Shown: piece by piece, positions 1 to 16,421 of the stretch
Layout: each line of letters begins with the position of its first letter
Position numbering within the stretch: the stretch's first letter is position 1
Origin: Eledone cirrhosa
Lineage: Eukaryota
Length of the DNA: 64,000 nt
NCBI GenBank assembly: GCA_964016885.1
Contig: OZ024745.1
Span: 27,032,001-27,096,000, forward strand
Direction: 5' to 3'
Position numbers and translations under genes: made by a program
Notes under the pieces: generated by a model
The model's input: the letters and a program-made list of their open reading frames with translations, nothing else
Databases searched by the model: none
What the model was told of the DNA's origin: nothing

Positions 1-612
1 ACAAATATACATACATTCACACAAACATACATACATTCACACAAATATACATACATTCACACAAACATACATACTTTCACACAAATATACATACATTCAC
101 ACAAATATACATACATTCACACAAACATACATACATTCACACAAATATACATACATTCACACAAATATACATACATTCACACAAACATACATACATTCAC
201 ACAAATATACATACATTCACACAAACATACATACTTTCACACAAATATACATACATTCACACAAACATACATACTTTCACACAAACATACATACTTTCAC
301 ACAAATATACATACATTCACACAAATATACATACATTCACACAAACATACATACATTCACACAAATATACATACATTCACACAAATATACATACATTCAC
401 ACAAACATACATACATTCACACAAATATACATACATTCACACAAACATACATACTTTCACACAAATATACATACATTCACACAAACATACATACTTTCAC
501 AAAAATATACATACATTCACACAAACATACATACTTTCACACAAATATACATACTTTCACACAAATATACATACTTTCACACATATACTTTCACACAAAC
601 ATACATACATTC
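1..612. repeat. 20-bp tandem minisatellite ACAAA(C/T)ATACATAC(A/T)TTCAC, running off the window start
   Basis: Exact 20-bp periodicity for about 29 units, then decay. Confidence 0.95.
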
Positions 613-939
613 ATACATATACATTTACACAAACACACACATACAGTCATGATAGCGTTCGGTTTAATTGGAAATGGGAGGGTAAAACAAGTATCACGTT
701 TTATTTATTTATTAACTCTTTTTTTTTAAACTCATCTAAACTAAACTCATCTAAACTCATCTAAACAGAAATTCGAATATTCTATGTTTGTCTTCACATA
801 TATATCGCTATTTCAGAGCATTAAATCCAAATTCTAATTTCTGCCGGACCGGCTACCGCTCTTTCAAACCAGTTCCTGTACACAGCTAAGTATTCTATAA
901 GTCTCTAGCTGTGTCGTTCTCGATAAAAGCATTGGATAT

Positions 940-982
940 GTAATCCTGATGATTTCTAATAAGAATGAAACGCGTAGATTAC
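940..982 (+). ncRNA. Minimal type I hammerhead ribozyme motif (Penelope-type)
   Basis: Stem I GTAATC/GATTAC, core CTGATGA, stem II TTCT/AGAA, GAAA, palindromic stem III ACGCGT, GTA cleavage triplet. Confidence 0.8.
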
Positions 983-1104
983 TTCCCTTGCTTTTATCGA
1001 GAATCTCAAATTGTAATACGTGACGTATTCTATTCTATAGCGATTGGGTCTTCAAAATGTTTATTATAAACATACAGAATATTTTCGAATATTCTATGTT
1101 TGTC

Positions 1105-1163
<59 letters not shown>

Positions 1164-1299
1164 AGATACTATTTATAGTTATGTATATATATACACTATA
1201 AACAGCTATAAACAGGTAAGGTCAGTAATTTATTACTACCTTATTACCAGTAAGATAAATAGCTCAATGTAAGGACATCAGTTGTTTTACAGAGCAGTG

Positions 1300-1912
<613 letters not shown>

Positions 1913-2195
1913 ATATGTCAGTTTTAAGACTCACATCCCACCATATGAATATGAAGATTCACACGATGTCGACATCCAGTCTCTTGTTTCAAAATGGTTA
2001 AAAAGAAACAGACAAACAAACATACAAAACCACAAAGGAAATTTATTTTCTTTCTTCTAATAAGAAAATACAAGAAAATGTATAATAAACTAACCTAGAA
2101 AATATATTCAAAAAATATAAAATTTGAATTAGAATGCATGATATACATATGTGTAGGGTGTGGATCTGTTCAGAGACACAGACATATACATATAG

Positions 2196-2276
<81 letters not shown>

Positions 2277-2360
2277 TATGTATACGTACATACATATATG
2301 TATACAGACGTACAGTAGTGAGAAATGAAATTTCATTTCATTTTTAAATATATATATATA

Positions 2361-2477
<117 letters not shown>

Positions 2478-2609
2478 ATACAAATATATATATATATATA
2501 TATACACGCACATATATATATATATATATATATACGTTTGTATATTTTATAGATGTATATAATGTTAACACACACACATATATGTATATATATATATACA
2601 CACACACAC

Positions 2610-2651
<42 letters not shown>

Positions 2652-2668
2652 GTGTATGAATATAGATG

Positions 2669-2710
<42 letters not shown>

Positions 2711-2819
2711 GTATATATATATATACATATATATAAATGTATATACATATATGTATATATATATATATATATATATAAATTTATATACATATATGTATAT
2801 ATATATATATATATATACA

Positions 2820-2852
<33 letters not shown>

Positions 2853-3429
2853 GTTTATAGATGCATGTATGTGTGTGGTATGTATATATAAATATATTGC
2901 CGTTACAAAACATCATAAGGGTATACTTTATTGTTTGGTTATTGTGTCAGTAATCAACACACCCACACATTTTCACATCATTCCCAGATTTAATTCTACT
3001 GCCCTGTTATTCTGTAGTGTGTTGTATTTATGGAGGGGGGGGGGGGTTCTTATTGTTCTTTTCGTTTGGCAGCAATATGTTTTGTATGTTTTTATTCATT
3101 GTTTTTTCTTTGTTATTGTTGTTGTTGTCGATTTGTGGCTATCGTTGCCATTGCTATTTGTTATTGTTGTTTTTGTTATTATTGATTTTTTTATGTTTAA
3201 TCGGTCAGAGAAGGGCTTGGCTTTTGCCCCTGTTCAATGCCTTCGAGAAATGTCGTGGGGAGAGAGACAAGACGATATATTTAGTCCTTTTGATGCCAAG
3301 CCCCCTGAAACCCTCTTTGGCTGTACGATACAATCCTGGTTATTTTCATGTATTTATATTTATTTAAAAACCTTCTATCATAATTTTATATATGAACGTT
3401 TGTTTGGTTCCAAATACCAGTTTAGTGAT

Positions 3430-3646
3430 GATTTCTGATTTAGGCACAAGACCAGCAATCTCAGGCTTTGGGGAAAGTCAATTAAATCGACCCCATTGCG
3501 TTACTGGTGCTTTATTTTATCGACCCCGTAAGAGTGAGAGGCAAAGCTAACCTCGGCGAGATTTGAACTCAGAACGTAAAGGGCCGTACGTCTATGCTAC
3601 CAAGCATGTTGCAGACGCTCTACTGATAATGCCAATCCACCGCCCT
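3430..3646 (-). mobile_element. tRNA-derived SINE, family 1
   Basis: Reverse complement has A-box-like GGCGGTGGATTGGCA, B-box-like GAGTTCAAATC, core GCCTCTCACTCTTACGGGGTCGATAAAATAAAAGCACCAG and tail CTTGTGCCTAAAT; homologous to many copies in the window. Confidence 0.85.
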
Positions 3647-3649
3647 TAA

Positions 3650-3869
3650 TAATGGTTTCTGATTTAGACACAAGGCCAACAATTTTGGGAGATGGGAAAG
3701 TTGTTTAAATCGACTCCAGTGTGTGACTGGTACTTTATTTTATCGACCCGGTAAGGATGAGAGGCAAAGCTAACCGCAGCGGGATTTGAAATCAGAACGT
3801 AAAGGGCTGTAACTCTATGCTGCGAAGCGTGTTGTCCGGCGCTCTACCTATTCTACCAATCCCCCACCC
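3650..3869 (-). mobile_element. tRNA-derived SINE, family 1 (tandem second copy)
   Basis: Same head, core and tail as 3430-3646. Confidence 0.85.
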
Positions 3870-3956
3870 TTGATAAGGAGAAAGTGAATTATTTTACTAA
3901 ATTCTTTCAAATTCTTGATTTTTTTCAAAACTTTTAGTAACATTACTACCCACCAT

Positions 3957-5571
3957 ACACACACACACACAGAGACACACAGACACACACACACAGAGAC
4001 ACACAGACACACACACACAGAGACACACAGACACACACACACAGAGACACACAGACACATAGACACACAGACACACACACACAGAGACACACAGACACAC
4101 ACACACAGAGACACACAGACACATAGACACACAGACACACAGACACAGAGACACACAGACATATATACACACAGACACACACACAGAGACACACAGACAC
4201 ACACACACAGAGACACACAGACACACACACACAGAGACACACAGACACATAGACACACAGACAAACACACACAGAGACACACAGACACACACACACAGAG
4301 ACACACAGACACATAGACACACAGACACACAGACACAGAGACACACAGACACATAGACACACAGACACACACACAGAGACACACAGACACACACACACAG
4401 AGACACACAGACACACACACACAGAGACACACAGACACACACACACAGAGACACACACACACAGAGACACACAGACACACACACACAGAGACACACAGAC
4501 ACACACACACAGAGACACACAGACACACACACACAGAGACACACACACACAGAGACACACAGACACACAGACACAGAGACACACAGACACATAGACACAC
4601 AGACACATAGACACACAGACACACACACACAGACACACACAGACACACACACACAGAGACACACAGACACACACACACACACAGACACACACACACAGAC
4701 ACACACACACAGAGACACACAGACACACACACAGACACACACACACAGACACACACAGACACACACACACAGACACACACACACAGAGACACACAGACAC
4801 ACACACACACAGACACACACACACAGACACACACACACAGAGACACACAGACACACACACAGACACACACACACAGACACACACAGACACACACACACAG
4901 ACACACACACACAGAGACACACAGACACACACACACACAGACACACACACACAGACACACACACACAGAGACACACAGACACACAGACACACACAGACAG
5001 ACACACACAGAGACACACAGACACACAGAGACACACAGACACACAGACACACAGACACACACACACACAGACACACAGACACACACACACACAGACACAC
5101 ACACACAGACACACACACACAGAGACACACAGACACACAGACACACACAGACAGACACACACAGAGACACACAGACACACAGAGACACACAGACACACAG
5201 ACACACAGATACACACACACACAGACACACAGACACACACACAGACACACAGACACATAGACACACAGAGACACACAGACACACAGACACACAGACACAC
5301 AGACACACACACACAGACACACAGACACATAGACACACAGAGACACACAGACACACAGACATACAGACACACAGACACATAGACACACAGAGACACACAG
5401 ACACACAGACATACAGACACACACACACAGACACACACACACAGAGACACACAGACACACACACACAGAGACACACACACACAGAGACACACAGACACAC
5501 AGACACAGAGACACACAGACACATAGACACACAGACACACACACACAGACACACACACACAGAGACACACA

Positions 5572-5610
<39 letters not shown>

Positions 5611-6288
5611 ACACACACAGAGACACACAGACACACACACACACAGACACACACACACAGACACACACAGACACACACACACAGACACACACACACAGAG
5701 ACACACAGACACACACACACAGAGACACACACACAGAGACACACAGACACACACACACAGAGACACACACACAGAGACACACAGAGACGCACACACAGAG
5801 ACACACAGACACACACACACAGAGACACACAGACACACAGACATACAGACACACACACACAGAGACACACAGACACACACACACACAGAGACACACAGAC
5901 ACACAGACATACAGACACACACACACAGAGACACACAGACACACACACACAGAGACACACACACACAGACACACACACACAGAGACACACAGACACACAG
6001 ACACACAGAGACACACAGACACACAGACACACACACAGAGAGACACACAGACACACACACACACAGACACACACACACACAGAGACACACAGACACACAC
6101 ACACAGAGACACACAGACACACAGACATACAGACACACAGACACATAGACACACAGAGACACACAGACACACACACACAGAGACACACAGACACACACAC
6201 ACAGAGACACACAGACACACACACAGAGACACACAGACACAGACACACACACACAGAGACACACAGACACAGACGGACACACACACAT

Positions 6289-6326
<38 letters not shown>
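3957..6326. repeat. About 2.4-kb compound (CA)n/(GA) microsatellite-derived array
   Basis: Continuous ACACAGACAC/ACAGAGACAC permutations; produces the spurious 800-aa CV ORFs. Confidence 0.97.
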
Positions 6327-6330
<4 letters not shown>

Positions 6331-6397
6331 TTCGCCATGTATCACTTGTATAGTCTTCAGTGATCAACAACATTACAGTCATAACAGATCAACAACA

Positions 6398-6586
6398 TTG
6401 TGGATTGGCAGTATCGGTAGAGGGTCGGACGCCATGCTTTCCAGCATAGTTACGTCCCTTTACGATCTGAGTTCAAATCCCGCCGAGGTTGACTTTGCCT
6501 TTCATCCTTACGGGGTCGATAAAATAAAGTACCAGTAATGCACTGGGTAATTACTGGCCTAGTGCCTAAAGTAGAAACAAACATTA
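6398..6586 (+). mobile_element. SINE family 1 copy flanked by a 27-bp direct repeat
   Basis: GAGTTCAAATCCCGCCGAGGTTGACTTTGCCTTTCATCCTTACGGGGTCGATAAAATAAAGTACCAG core; ATCAACAACATTACAGTCATAACAGAT at 6363-6389 and 6592-6618. Confidence 0.85.
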
Positions 6587-6756
6587 TAAATATCAACAAC
6601 ATTACAGTCATAACAGATACGTGGCAAAATTGTGTTGAAAAATACTATTTCTTTCTGCCCGAAAACATATTCAGCAGCAAACGAGGAGACAGTTGAGTGC
6701 TTTTTGTTGTGGCACCAGTACAGATTTATATATGTGTGTGTTTGTATATATACATA

Positions 6757-6835
<79 letters not shown>

Positions 6836-6849
6836 ACGGCTGTATAACT

Positions 6850-7333
6850 TCATAAGTCTGGAATCCTTTCTAGGAAATCTTGCTCTTTACTGTTAACGAG
6901 GGACTGGAACGGCATCTTGGACACAAGCTAGGATTGTACAGGAATAGCAAAAGTTTCAAGAACCTAATCAAGCAGTTCTAACTGTCTAACAGGTGCAGAC
7001 TAGATTTCTCGAATGCGCCAGCATAGACCTGGCCCAATCACATAGAGTGCTCCAGATCGTATATAGATAAGGTTTTCTTTAGGTTAGTAGATAGGAATAG
7101 CATAGGGCGTCCACAATTCCAAACGGTTGCCTATTCAGACCAGAAATTTGTGATCTGCATGGTTGATCAAGATAAAACACTTAATCAGTGACCTGGTCAC
7201 TAGAAGTTTAACTCGTTAAGTCTACAGCGACCGAATCAGCACTTTAGTTAAGCGACAGTTGGCGGGGTCAGTTATAAACAACAGGTGGAAGGATCCTCTC
7301 AAATGTTTCTGTCACTGTGACCAATAAAGAAAT
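6850..7333 (+). pseudogene. Old, internally deleted Tx1-clade relic (APE endonuclease fragment fused to a family-type 3' terminus)
   Basis: Decayed frames read LESFLG, RDWNGILD, SRSYIDKVF, VAYSDQKFVICMVD and YSDRISTLVKRQLAGSVINNRW, colinear with ORF2 at 40801-44238; ends CTGTGACCAATAAAGAAAT like the family 3' end. Confidence 0.75.
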
Positions 7334-7337
7334 TATT

Positions 7338-8110
7338 GTGGCGGTGGATTGGAAGTATTAGTAGAGCGTTGGACAATATGTTTTGCAGCATAGAGTTACG
7401 GTCCTTTACGCCGAGTTAGTTTTACCTTTCGACCTTCCCCTCCAAAATTGCTGGCCTTGTGCCTATATCAGAAACCATTATTGTTGTTGTTGTTTCATAA
7501 AGTAGCTAGATGGAAGAATTAGTAGCGTGTCGGTGAGAATGTCTTGCGGTATTTGTTCTGGTTCCTTAAGTTCTGTATTCAAATTCCGCTGAAGTCAACT
7601 TTGCTTTTCATCTTTCCGGGCTCCATGAAATAATTGTTTCTTCTTTTGGCACAAGGCCACCAATTATACCAGTGCATTACTGGTACTTTAGTTTATCGAC
7701 CCCGTAAGGATGAAAGACAATGTTTACCATCATTACGGGGTCGATAAAATAAAGAACCAGTAATGCACTGGGATAATTGCTGGCCTTGTGCCTAAAGTAG
7801 AAACAATTATTTCATGGAGCCCGGAAAGATGAAAAGCAAAGTTGACTTAATGAAATAATTGTTTCTACTTTAGGCACAAGGCCAGCAATTACCCAGTACA
7901 TTACTGGTACTTTATTTTATCGACCCCGTAAGGATGAAAGGCAAAGTTAACCTCGGCGGGATTTGAACTCAGAATGGAAAGGGGCGTAACTATGCTAGAA
8001 AGCATGGCGTCCAACCCTCTACCGATACTGCCAATTCACTACCAGTCAAGTACTGAGGTCGGTTTAAGTGACTTTCCCTGCCCTCAAAATGGCTGGCCTT
8101 GCACCTAAGT
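7338..8110. mobile_element. Cluster of SINE family 1 fragments in both orientations, including a local inverted duplication
   Basis: Core and tail motifs on both strands; 7592-7665 is approximately the reverse complement of 7774-7848. Confidence 0.75.
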
Positions 8111-8136
8111 AAACTCCATTATTATCATTTGGTAAA

Positions 8137-8480
8137 GGAGGTGAAGCGGTGAATTGGCAGAGTTGTTAAAACCTCGGCGAGAATGCTTTGCAATATTCAT
8201 TTCGGCTCTCTGCTATCTGAGTTCAAATCTCGCCGAGGTCAACATTGCCTTTCAACCATTCAAGGTCAATAAAAATAGCACCAATTTAGTACTGGGGTCG
8301 ATTCTTCCTTTATATCCCTTTCTCATTTCCATTCTCACACTCACTCTATCTCTATCCTTCTCTGGAAGAAATGCACTGTATTCAGACCTGGAGAGGTGAT
8401 GGGATTCACCAGGTTTTTTTAAATGCCCTAGAAATGCCGTATGTCAATATGGAGCCGCTACAACTCCCTTGGGAGTTACG
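8137..8480 (+). mobile_element. SINE family 1 head with an alternative 3' module (composite subfamily)
   Basis: After the core, TTCAGACCTGGAGAGG...CCAGGTT...AAATGCCC is shared with 59725-59995 and partly with 23005-23270. Confidence 0.65.
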
Positions 8481-8680
8481 GGTCCATGCATGCAAAGAAG
8501 GTGAATGGAACAATTGACCGAGATTATACCCTCCCACAAAAATATGTGACCTTGTATTTATGGAAGGAAGCATTGTTATAGCGTAAGATTTTTTTTTTTT
8601 TTTATCAAATTTTATTTCGCTATTAATTACAGAATAATCTCACAAGTTCTCACACCCAATGAAATGATTGTAGTGACTTC

Positions 8681-8718
<38 letters not shown>

Positions 8719-8754
8719 ATGGTGATGATGTAGAGGTGGGGATAGTGGTGTTGA

Positions 8755-8786
<32 letters not shown>

Positions 8787-9094
8787 TTGTTGCTATTGCT
8801 GCTGCTGTTGCAATATATTTTTCTGGCGACGAACCAAAGCTTATGAGATTTAAAATGAAGAAACATGCCCGTAGCTGGCCCCTTGCCTACTAAACAAGAA
8901 TCAGATTCGCTTCCGGTGAACATGAAGAAACAAATTTCTATGAAATCAATTGTTAATGTCTTTAAATGATCAGTCTTATTCTTTGAGAGTCGCTAACAAT
9001 TACAGCTAGATTTTCTTCTCGAAGTTCAATTCAATAAGAATTCTTCGCATACCTTATTAGATTTACATATAAATACATGTATGTGGATGGGTGA

Positions 9095-9159
<65 letters not shown>

Positions 9160-9298
9160 ATCCCGATAAGCACCGATTCTTTGCTTAAACTTTAATCTGT
9201 TATGTTAATAAATATTTGCTCTACGGTTTTATATATTTTTATATATATTATCCTTATCGAGCTCTCTTCGGATTTTAGTCTTCACATTTATTATTATT

Positions 9299-9350
<52 letters not shown>

Positions 9351-9715
9351 CTGAGAAAGGGTGAGAGAAAAAGGAAGAGTGAGGCGAGAGCGAGAGACAT
9401 ACATGATCCTAAGCAATCCAATTTTAGTTCTTCTAAGCGACTTATTTAATCATTGAGAACGCACAACGAATTAACAGGTAGTCCTTTCTCTGATTTTATT
9501 GATACACACGCACAGACATGAACATATACATTCACATACACACACACAGACACGCACAAACACACACATACATATACATATATATATAAATATATATATT
9601 TATATATATGTATATATATATATATATAAACATATATATATGTATATATATATATATGCATATATATATAGACATATACATATACACATATTATATACAT
9701 ATACATATATATATT

Positions 9716-9818
<103 letters not shown>

Positions 9819-10174
9819 GGGTGTAGTGTATGTTTGTCAGATTGTGTATTTGTGGTGTTTGTGTGCACGTATCTGCAATCATTCATGCGTACAGAAGATT
9901 TGATATAAACAAGACTGCTCATAAATCTAAAGAACCACGAAAATATAATAAAGTATATCTGCACACGGTTCGTTTCCTATTTTATCACTTCATTTATCTA
10001 CAAAGCCGAACCATATACGATCGCTCAACACACACATGTGTCTCTTTACAAATTATTACTATACTAGGTTAATGTATTCTCTATAGCATAGTACAGCTTA
10101 TTGCTTATTCAATAAAATGACGTTATTAAAAACATTAAAAAAACTAGTTTTTACACATAGGCACACACACACAG

Positions 10175-10243
<69 letters not shown>

Positions 10244-10280
10244 CTTACTAGCTCACAGTCTTAGATACTTGTGTGTATGT

Positions 10281-10329
<49 letters not shown>

Positions 10330-10645
10330 TCTATATGCATATGTATATCTATGTGTATGTGTGTACAATGAATAGACAGCGTAAATCTATGTGCATATAA
10401 ATTTACGCATTGAGTGTGTTGACATATAAACATGTCAAATACGTATTTCCCTATAAATGGAATACATGATAAATAACTAATTTGGCTGTTATCACAGGGT
10501 ATGTATATCAGCTAGACTATATCAAGGGACTTATATTTGAGGGACTTATAATGGAGGGACTTATAATCGAGGGACTTATATACCCTATCAATTGTAACAG
10601 AAACCTGAAATGAACACACTAATTTACATATTATTAACGCCTATG

Positions 10646-10866
10646 AGGGTGGTGGATTGACAGTATCGGTACAGCGTCGGACACCATGCTTCGCGGCATA
10701 GAGTTACGGCTCTTTATGTTCTGAGTTCAATTCCTGCCGAGGTTAGCTATGCCTTTATTCCTTATAGTTTCGAAGAATAAAGCACCAGTAATGCACTGGG
10801 GTCGATGTAATAGACTTTCACCTCCTCCAAAATGTCTGGCCTTGTACCTAACGTAGAAACAATTAT
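10646..10866 (+). mobile_element. SINE family 1 copy
   Basis: Full head, core and tail, ending in (ATT)n. Confidence 0.85.
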
Positions 10867-12162
10867 TATTATTATTGTTTGGCAAATCATAATATGTTAA
10901 GTGGGTTTATGTCAAGGGACTGATCCAGCTAAAATATTATTTAATACCATTTGGGGCCTCGCTTTCGAAGAGTATTTCTTTCATTTTTTTAGGGAGGGGG
11001 TCGTTCTCTTTCGCTTTGGTTTTGGGTGTTTTGTGTTTGTTTTGTAACCTTTTAGTTTGTTTGTTTTTTATATTTTAGGGGATTGTTTTTGTTTTTATTT
11101 TCAAATTGACTATTTCAAAATATTTGTTTATCTTCAAGAATAGTGTGATTTTTAAAATTAATGTTACTCACCAACTCTTCATCCTACCAATCTGATCCCC
11201 CTCCACTACTCCAAATAGCTCACCGAACCACAGTAGATATATCACTATATTCCTATATTCAACTGTTAACTCTTAACTCGTTAATCTTCAGACCCATGAG
11301 CATCTATTGCCTGACATTCGACAACATCCCGAAACATCAGAAAGATGTATACAGAAACGTGTTGCTCAACCCGTTAGCCTACTCATTCTTATCGTTTGTA
11401 GTTAAAATGAGCTCCTCCTAGTTTTATATCTATATTTACAAGATAGATTACTGATATTCTTGGGAGATTATATTTAGTTTTGCATCCACTTTCGTTACCA
11501 TATTTCTAATAAAAGGCACTCCCTGTAAGTTTCAAATAATTTTAAAATAACCAAGAACGTGGTGGTAATGAGTAATATGACGTACCTTCTCATTATTAAG
11601 TTGGCGTTTGGAACATATCTTAACAACGGATCTTACATAAAATTATTATGGATAGATTCTAAATAAATATAAATAATTTGAAATAAAAAGCTGTGTATAG
11701 CAGAACTAGAGATAGTTTCAGGTAGTTTGTTATCAAAATTGTGATTGTTCTCAATAGATCTTGAAATAGTATGAATACATATGTCAGAAGGTCTGGTCGA
11801 TCAGATCACGATTAAATTAATGTAATTATATGTTCGCTAAATTGTAGTATTATTCTGTTAACGACAGAAAAATATATTGGGAGATTTTCCTACTGATGAA
11901 GTGCGACATAGCCCGATTGTGTAATATCTGTGGATATTGCTCAATTCTCTGCATATAACAATTTTAGTAACAACTGATATAGGCAGACTGGTGTGCAGAG
12001 AAAAGGTACCGTCCAGGACTTTCATATGCAAGTATCATCATCCAAACACTGACATCTTACTGATTAACTGGCGATTTTGTCTTTTCTCACAAGTAAACAT
12101 ATTAACTCATCGAGTGAGTAAGTGGTGGCCGGAGTAACTCCGGCGACCTTCGTAAACTATTG

Positions 12163-12257
<95 letters not shown>

Positions 12258-12261
<4 letters not shown>

Positions 12262-12422
12262 AACAAAAGATGGTTAAAAGAGTTCCATGTATTTTATTAT
12301 GCGCATTTCAAAAACAAATATCATCATGCAATAATATTTGTGTTTTCATCAGATAAAACATGAAGACATGATATGAAGGTTAAAAAACACTTGTGGATAG
12401 TTCAGTTTTAAATCAACATATG
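12258..12422 (+). repeat. Dispersed repeat; inverted homologue at about 31305-31468
   Basis: AAAAGATGGTTAAAAGAGTTCCATGTATTTTATTATGCG...AAATCAACATATG recurs as its reverse complement. Confidence 0.75.
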
Positions 12423-13340
12423 AGAAGTAGTTTTAGATTGATGTGTGATATTGGGGGAAATATTTTATTTAGAGGGGGGGGTGGAAAGGATGAAAAAGCG
12501 GAGGAGATGAGAGTAAAAAGTGGAGAGGGAGGAGTATAATGAGGAAGGATGAGATAGGAGGAGAGATGGGTGATAGAGAGAGAGAGATAGCTTTTATAAC
12601 TGAGAAAGATATATTGTTTTACATAGAGAGGTTGAAAACTGTTGGAAGATAATGAATAAATTAAAAGAATTTGAAAATTAACGAAGAGAAAAATAATGTA
12701 AAGTTAAGGTTTGTATATTGAGGGGTTTGATAATATGTGCGATGAAAAAAGAAAATGTTAATATGTATTGAGAATAATGTTTAAGGGTTTAATAATATGT
12801 GCGATGTTAAGAAGATGTTGATATGTATTATTAAAAGGAACAACAGGTTATTTAAGTAAGGAAATATTGTGAGATGAATGAGTTAGATGAAAGGGAGAAA
12901 AGAATAATGAATTGAGGATGAATAATCTAACGTCAAAAAAATGTATATGTTTACGAAGGATTTTTACAAGGTGATATAGAGTAAGAATGTATTGTATTAT
13001 GTAATAATTGATTCTATGTTAGGCAAGAGTGAGAAAAGGTACAGATTAGGGGTTAGACATTAAAAGAAGAAGAGAAGAATGAGTAACAAGTATTATAGAA
13101 TGTATAACCTTTGAAATAAGGTAGAAAGATGGGTATATTTTTAAAAGAAGTGTATATATATATACATATGTGCCTTTGAGAAAAAGATTCTAAATTGATA
13201 AAGAATTGAATATATATATATAACTAGTAAGAAAATATATGAAAAGAATAGTGCAAAATCTTTAGAAATACGTTGATAAAAATGGTTCATTCATTGAAAA
13301 ATAATGCCGATATATAAATATGCATATGTATATACATATG

Positions 13341-13693
<353 letters not shown>

Positions 13694-13758
13694 AGAATTA
13701 GCAGTCCAGAATTAGCCGTCGAAACGGCTTGAGCTCAGCTGTCGGGGTCTTACTGGTT

Positions 13759-13811
<53 letters not shown>

Positions 13812-13936
13812 CGGTGACAGCTATTATTGGCTGTGACCTCTTCAGGCAGTCCGAATTGGTGTGGAAAAGACAGCAACAGATGTTGTTGAAGTGTGTTCCA
13901 CTCTGTCAATACATCGATATGTCCAGCTCCTGGGTG

Positions 13937-14028
<92 letters not shown>

Positions 14029-14035
14029 CACACAC

Positions 14036-14068
<33 letters not shown>

Positions 14069-14509
14069 CTTGTCTATTTACGTGTATTTGTTTGTGCATA
14101 CATGTACACATTCATACACACGAGATAGATATATATAGAAATATATATATATATGTATATTCGTACAACTACCCAGATTTAGACATATAGAAATAAGAAC
14201 CATGGGTTGCCACCTACGCATGAATCACTCCACGCATGCGCTAGAAACACATACAGACAATTGTCACGAAAAGGTTAAGTATTAAATCAATCGGACGTTG
14301 TCCTCTTCATTGCCAAATTCCTGTTTGTGATTGTGTCGAAATGTGTCATTATGTTTGTCTGTATAGGTGTGCAGAGTTGCGCGCATTCGAGTATCTGCGT
14401 GTGTATGTATTTAAACACACATACATATGCATCTTTATACATATATATATGTGTGTGAGTATGTGTGTATGTATATATATATATATGTATATATATACAC
14501 ACATACACA

Positions 14510-15225
<716 letters not shown>

Positions 15226-15310
15226 TTTGAGGGGCTCGGGGTCTCTTCCCCTTTGAGCACATTATTTACAGGGAATAACGACGGCCTATGCCGCCGTTAA
15301 TTTATCGTTA

Positions 15311-15392
<82 letters not shown>

Positions 15393-15529
15393 TGAGTAAT
15401 CGAAGCTGCAGCATCGAAAGGTCAATCTTTGGATGCTTTGCACGAAACAATTGATAAATCGATAAATTAAATCTATGAGTAATTAACATACGTTAAAGAT
15501 GTAACAAATTGAAAACTGTGGTTAAGTGA

Positions 15530-15892
15530 AGAATGCCACAGAAACCACCACAACGACTAAGAAACAAACAGATGTATAAAATGGCGTAGACAATACAATA
15601 GGAGGGAACATAACAGTTCCACTGATGATGTTGCAGATGTGCAACGAAAAACCTTTGATAGACTATATATATATATTTATATCTGTATTTTTAACCGCTG
15701 GTCAATCAACGATAAACATTGATTGCCAAATAAATTAACTATGGAGATATAAAAGATACAGACGCGAAAACCAACTAAACAGTGAGTGTGTTCTGTTAAT
15801 ATTTCTGGCAATATTACAATATGATCCTCCCCAAGTATAACAATATTTGTTTCGACACACGATTTCATATCAAAAACCTTGCAAAAATAATA
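15530..15892 (+). mobile_element. Penelope-like terminal-repeat remnant with a partial hammerhead core
   Basis: 15770-15890 is homologous to 25010-25130 (CCAAGTATAACAATAT...ACACACG...TTCA); CTGATGA-tGTTGCA/TGCAAC-GAAA at 15622-15649. Confidence 0.55.
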
Positions 15893-15906
15893 TATATACA
15901 TATATA

Positions 15907-15933
<27 letters not shown>

Positions 15934-15941
<8 letters not shown>

Positions 15942-16320
15942 AAAGTTTGTCCTTCATCAGTGATCTTCCAACTATCATAGGCATTTCATCGCTTTAAAGA
16001 CCATATACCTCCGGTTGGTGCGAGCAACGGCTAAAAAAAGTCGTTGGGACACGTACATAAAGGGGACGCGAGGGTAAACAAACAAAATGGTGAGGCAACA
16101 GAAAGTGAGGAATAAGGAGACAAGTCCCAGATTTCTATGAATTTAAGTTCGGTGAAATCGTCACCATTTTGTTTGTTTACCCTCGCGTCCCCTTTATTTA
16201 CGTGTCCCAACGACTTTTTTTAGCCGTTGCTCGCACCAACCGGAGGTATATGGTCTTTAAAGCGATGAAATGCCTATGATAGTTGGAAGATCACTGATGA
16301 AGGACAAACTTTTTTCATAT
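15934..16320. repeat. Fold-back inverted repeat (arms 15934-16093 and 16161-16320) beside (TA)n
   Basis: 160-bp arms, near-identical reverse complements; each arm ends in a hammerhead 5' half (CTGATGAAGG). Confidence 0.92.
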
Positions 16321-16361
16321 GTAACCCATTTGCAACTCCGCAGTGCCCTTATTATCATATT

Positions 16362-16421
<60 letters not shown>

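Noticed and set aside
3848-6382. 800-aa Cys/Val-rich ORFs in three frames
   Set aside because: Stop-free translation of a CA/GA microsatellite; no coding signal.
6398-6490. tRNA gene
   Set aside because: A/B-box-like motifs belong to multi-copy SINE heads; no cloverleaf.
8627-8923. ORF with poly-Ser and poly-His tracts resembling a transcription factor
   Set aside because: Explained by (GAT)n/(GCT)n trinucleotide repeats; no domain or convincing splice context.
12425-13290. Purine-skewed AT-rich stretch possibly from a decayed Penelope ORF
   Set aside because: Only faint peptide hints on the minus strand; not supportable without a profile search.
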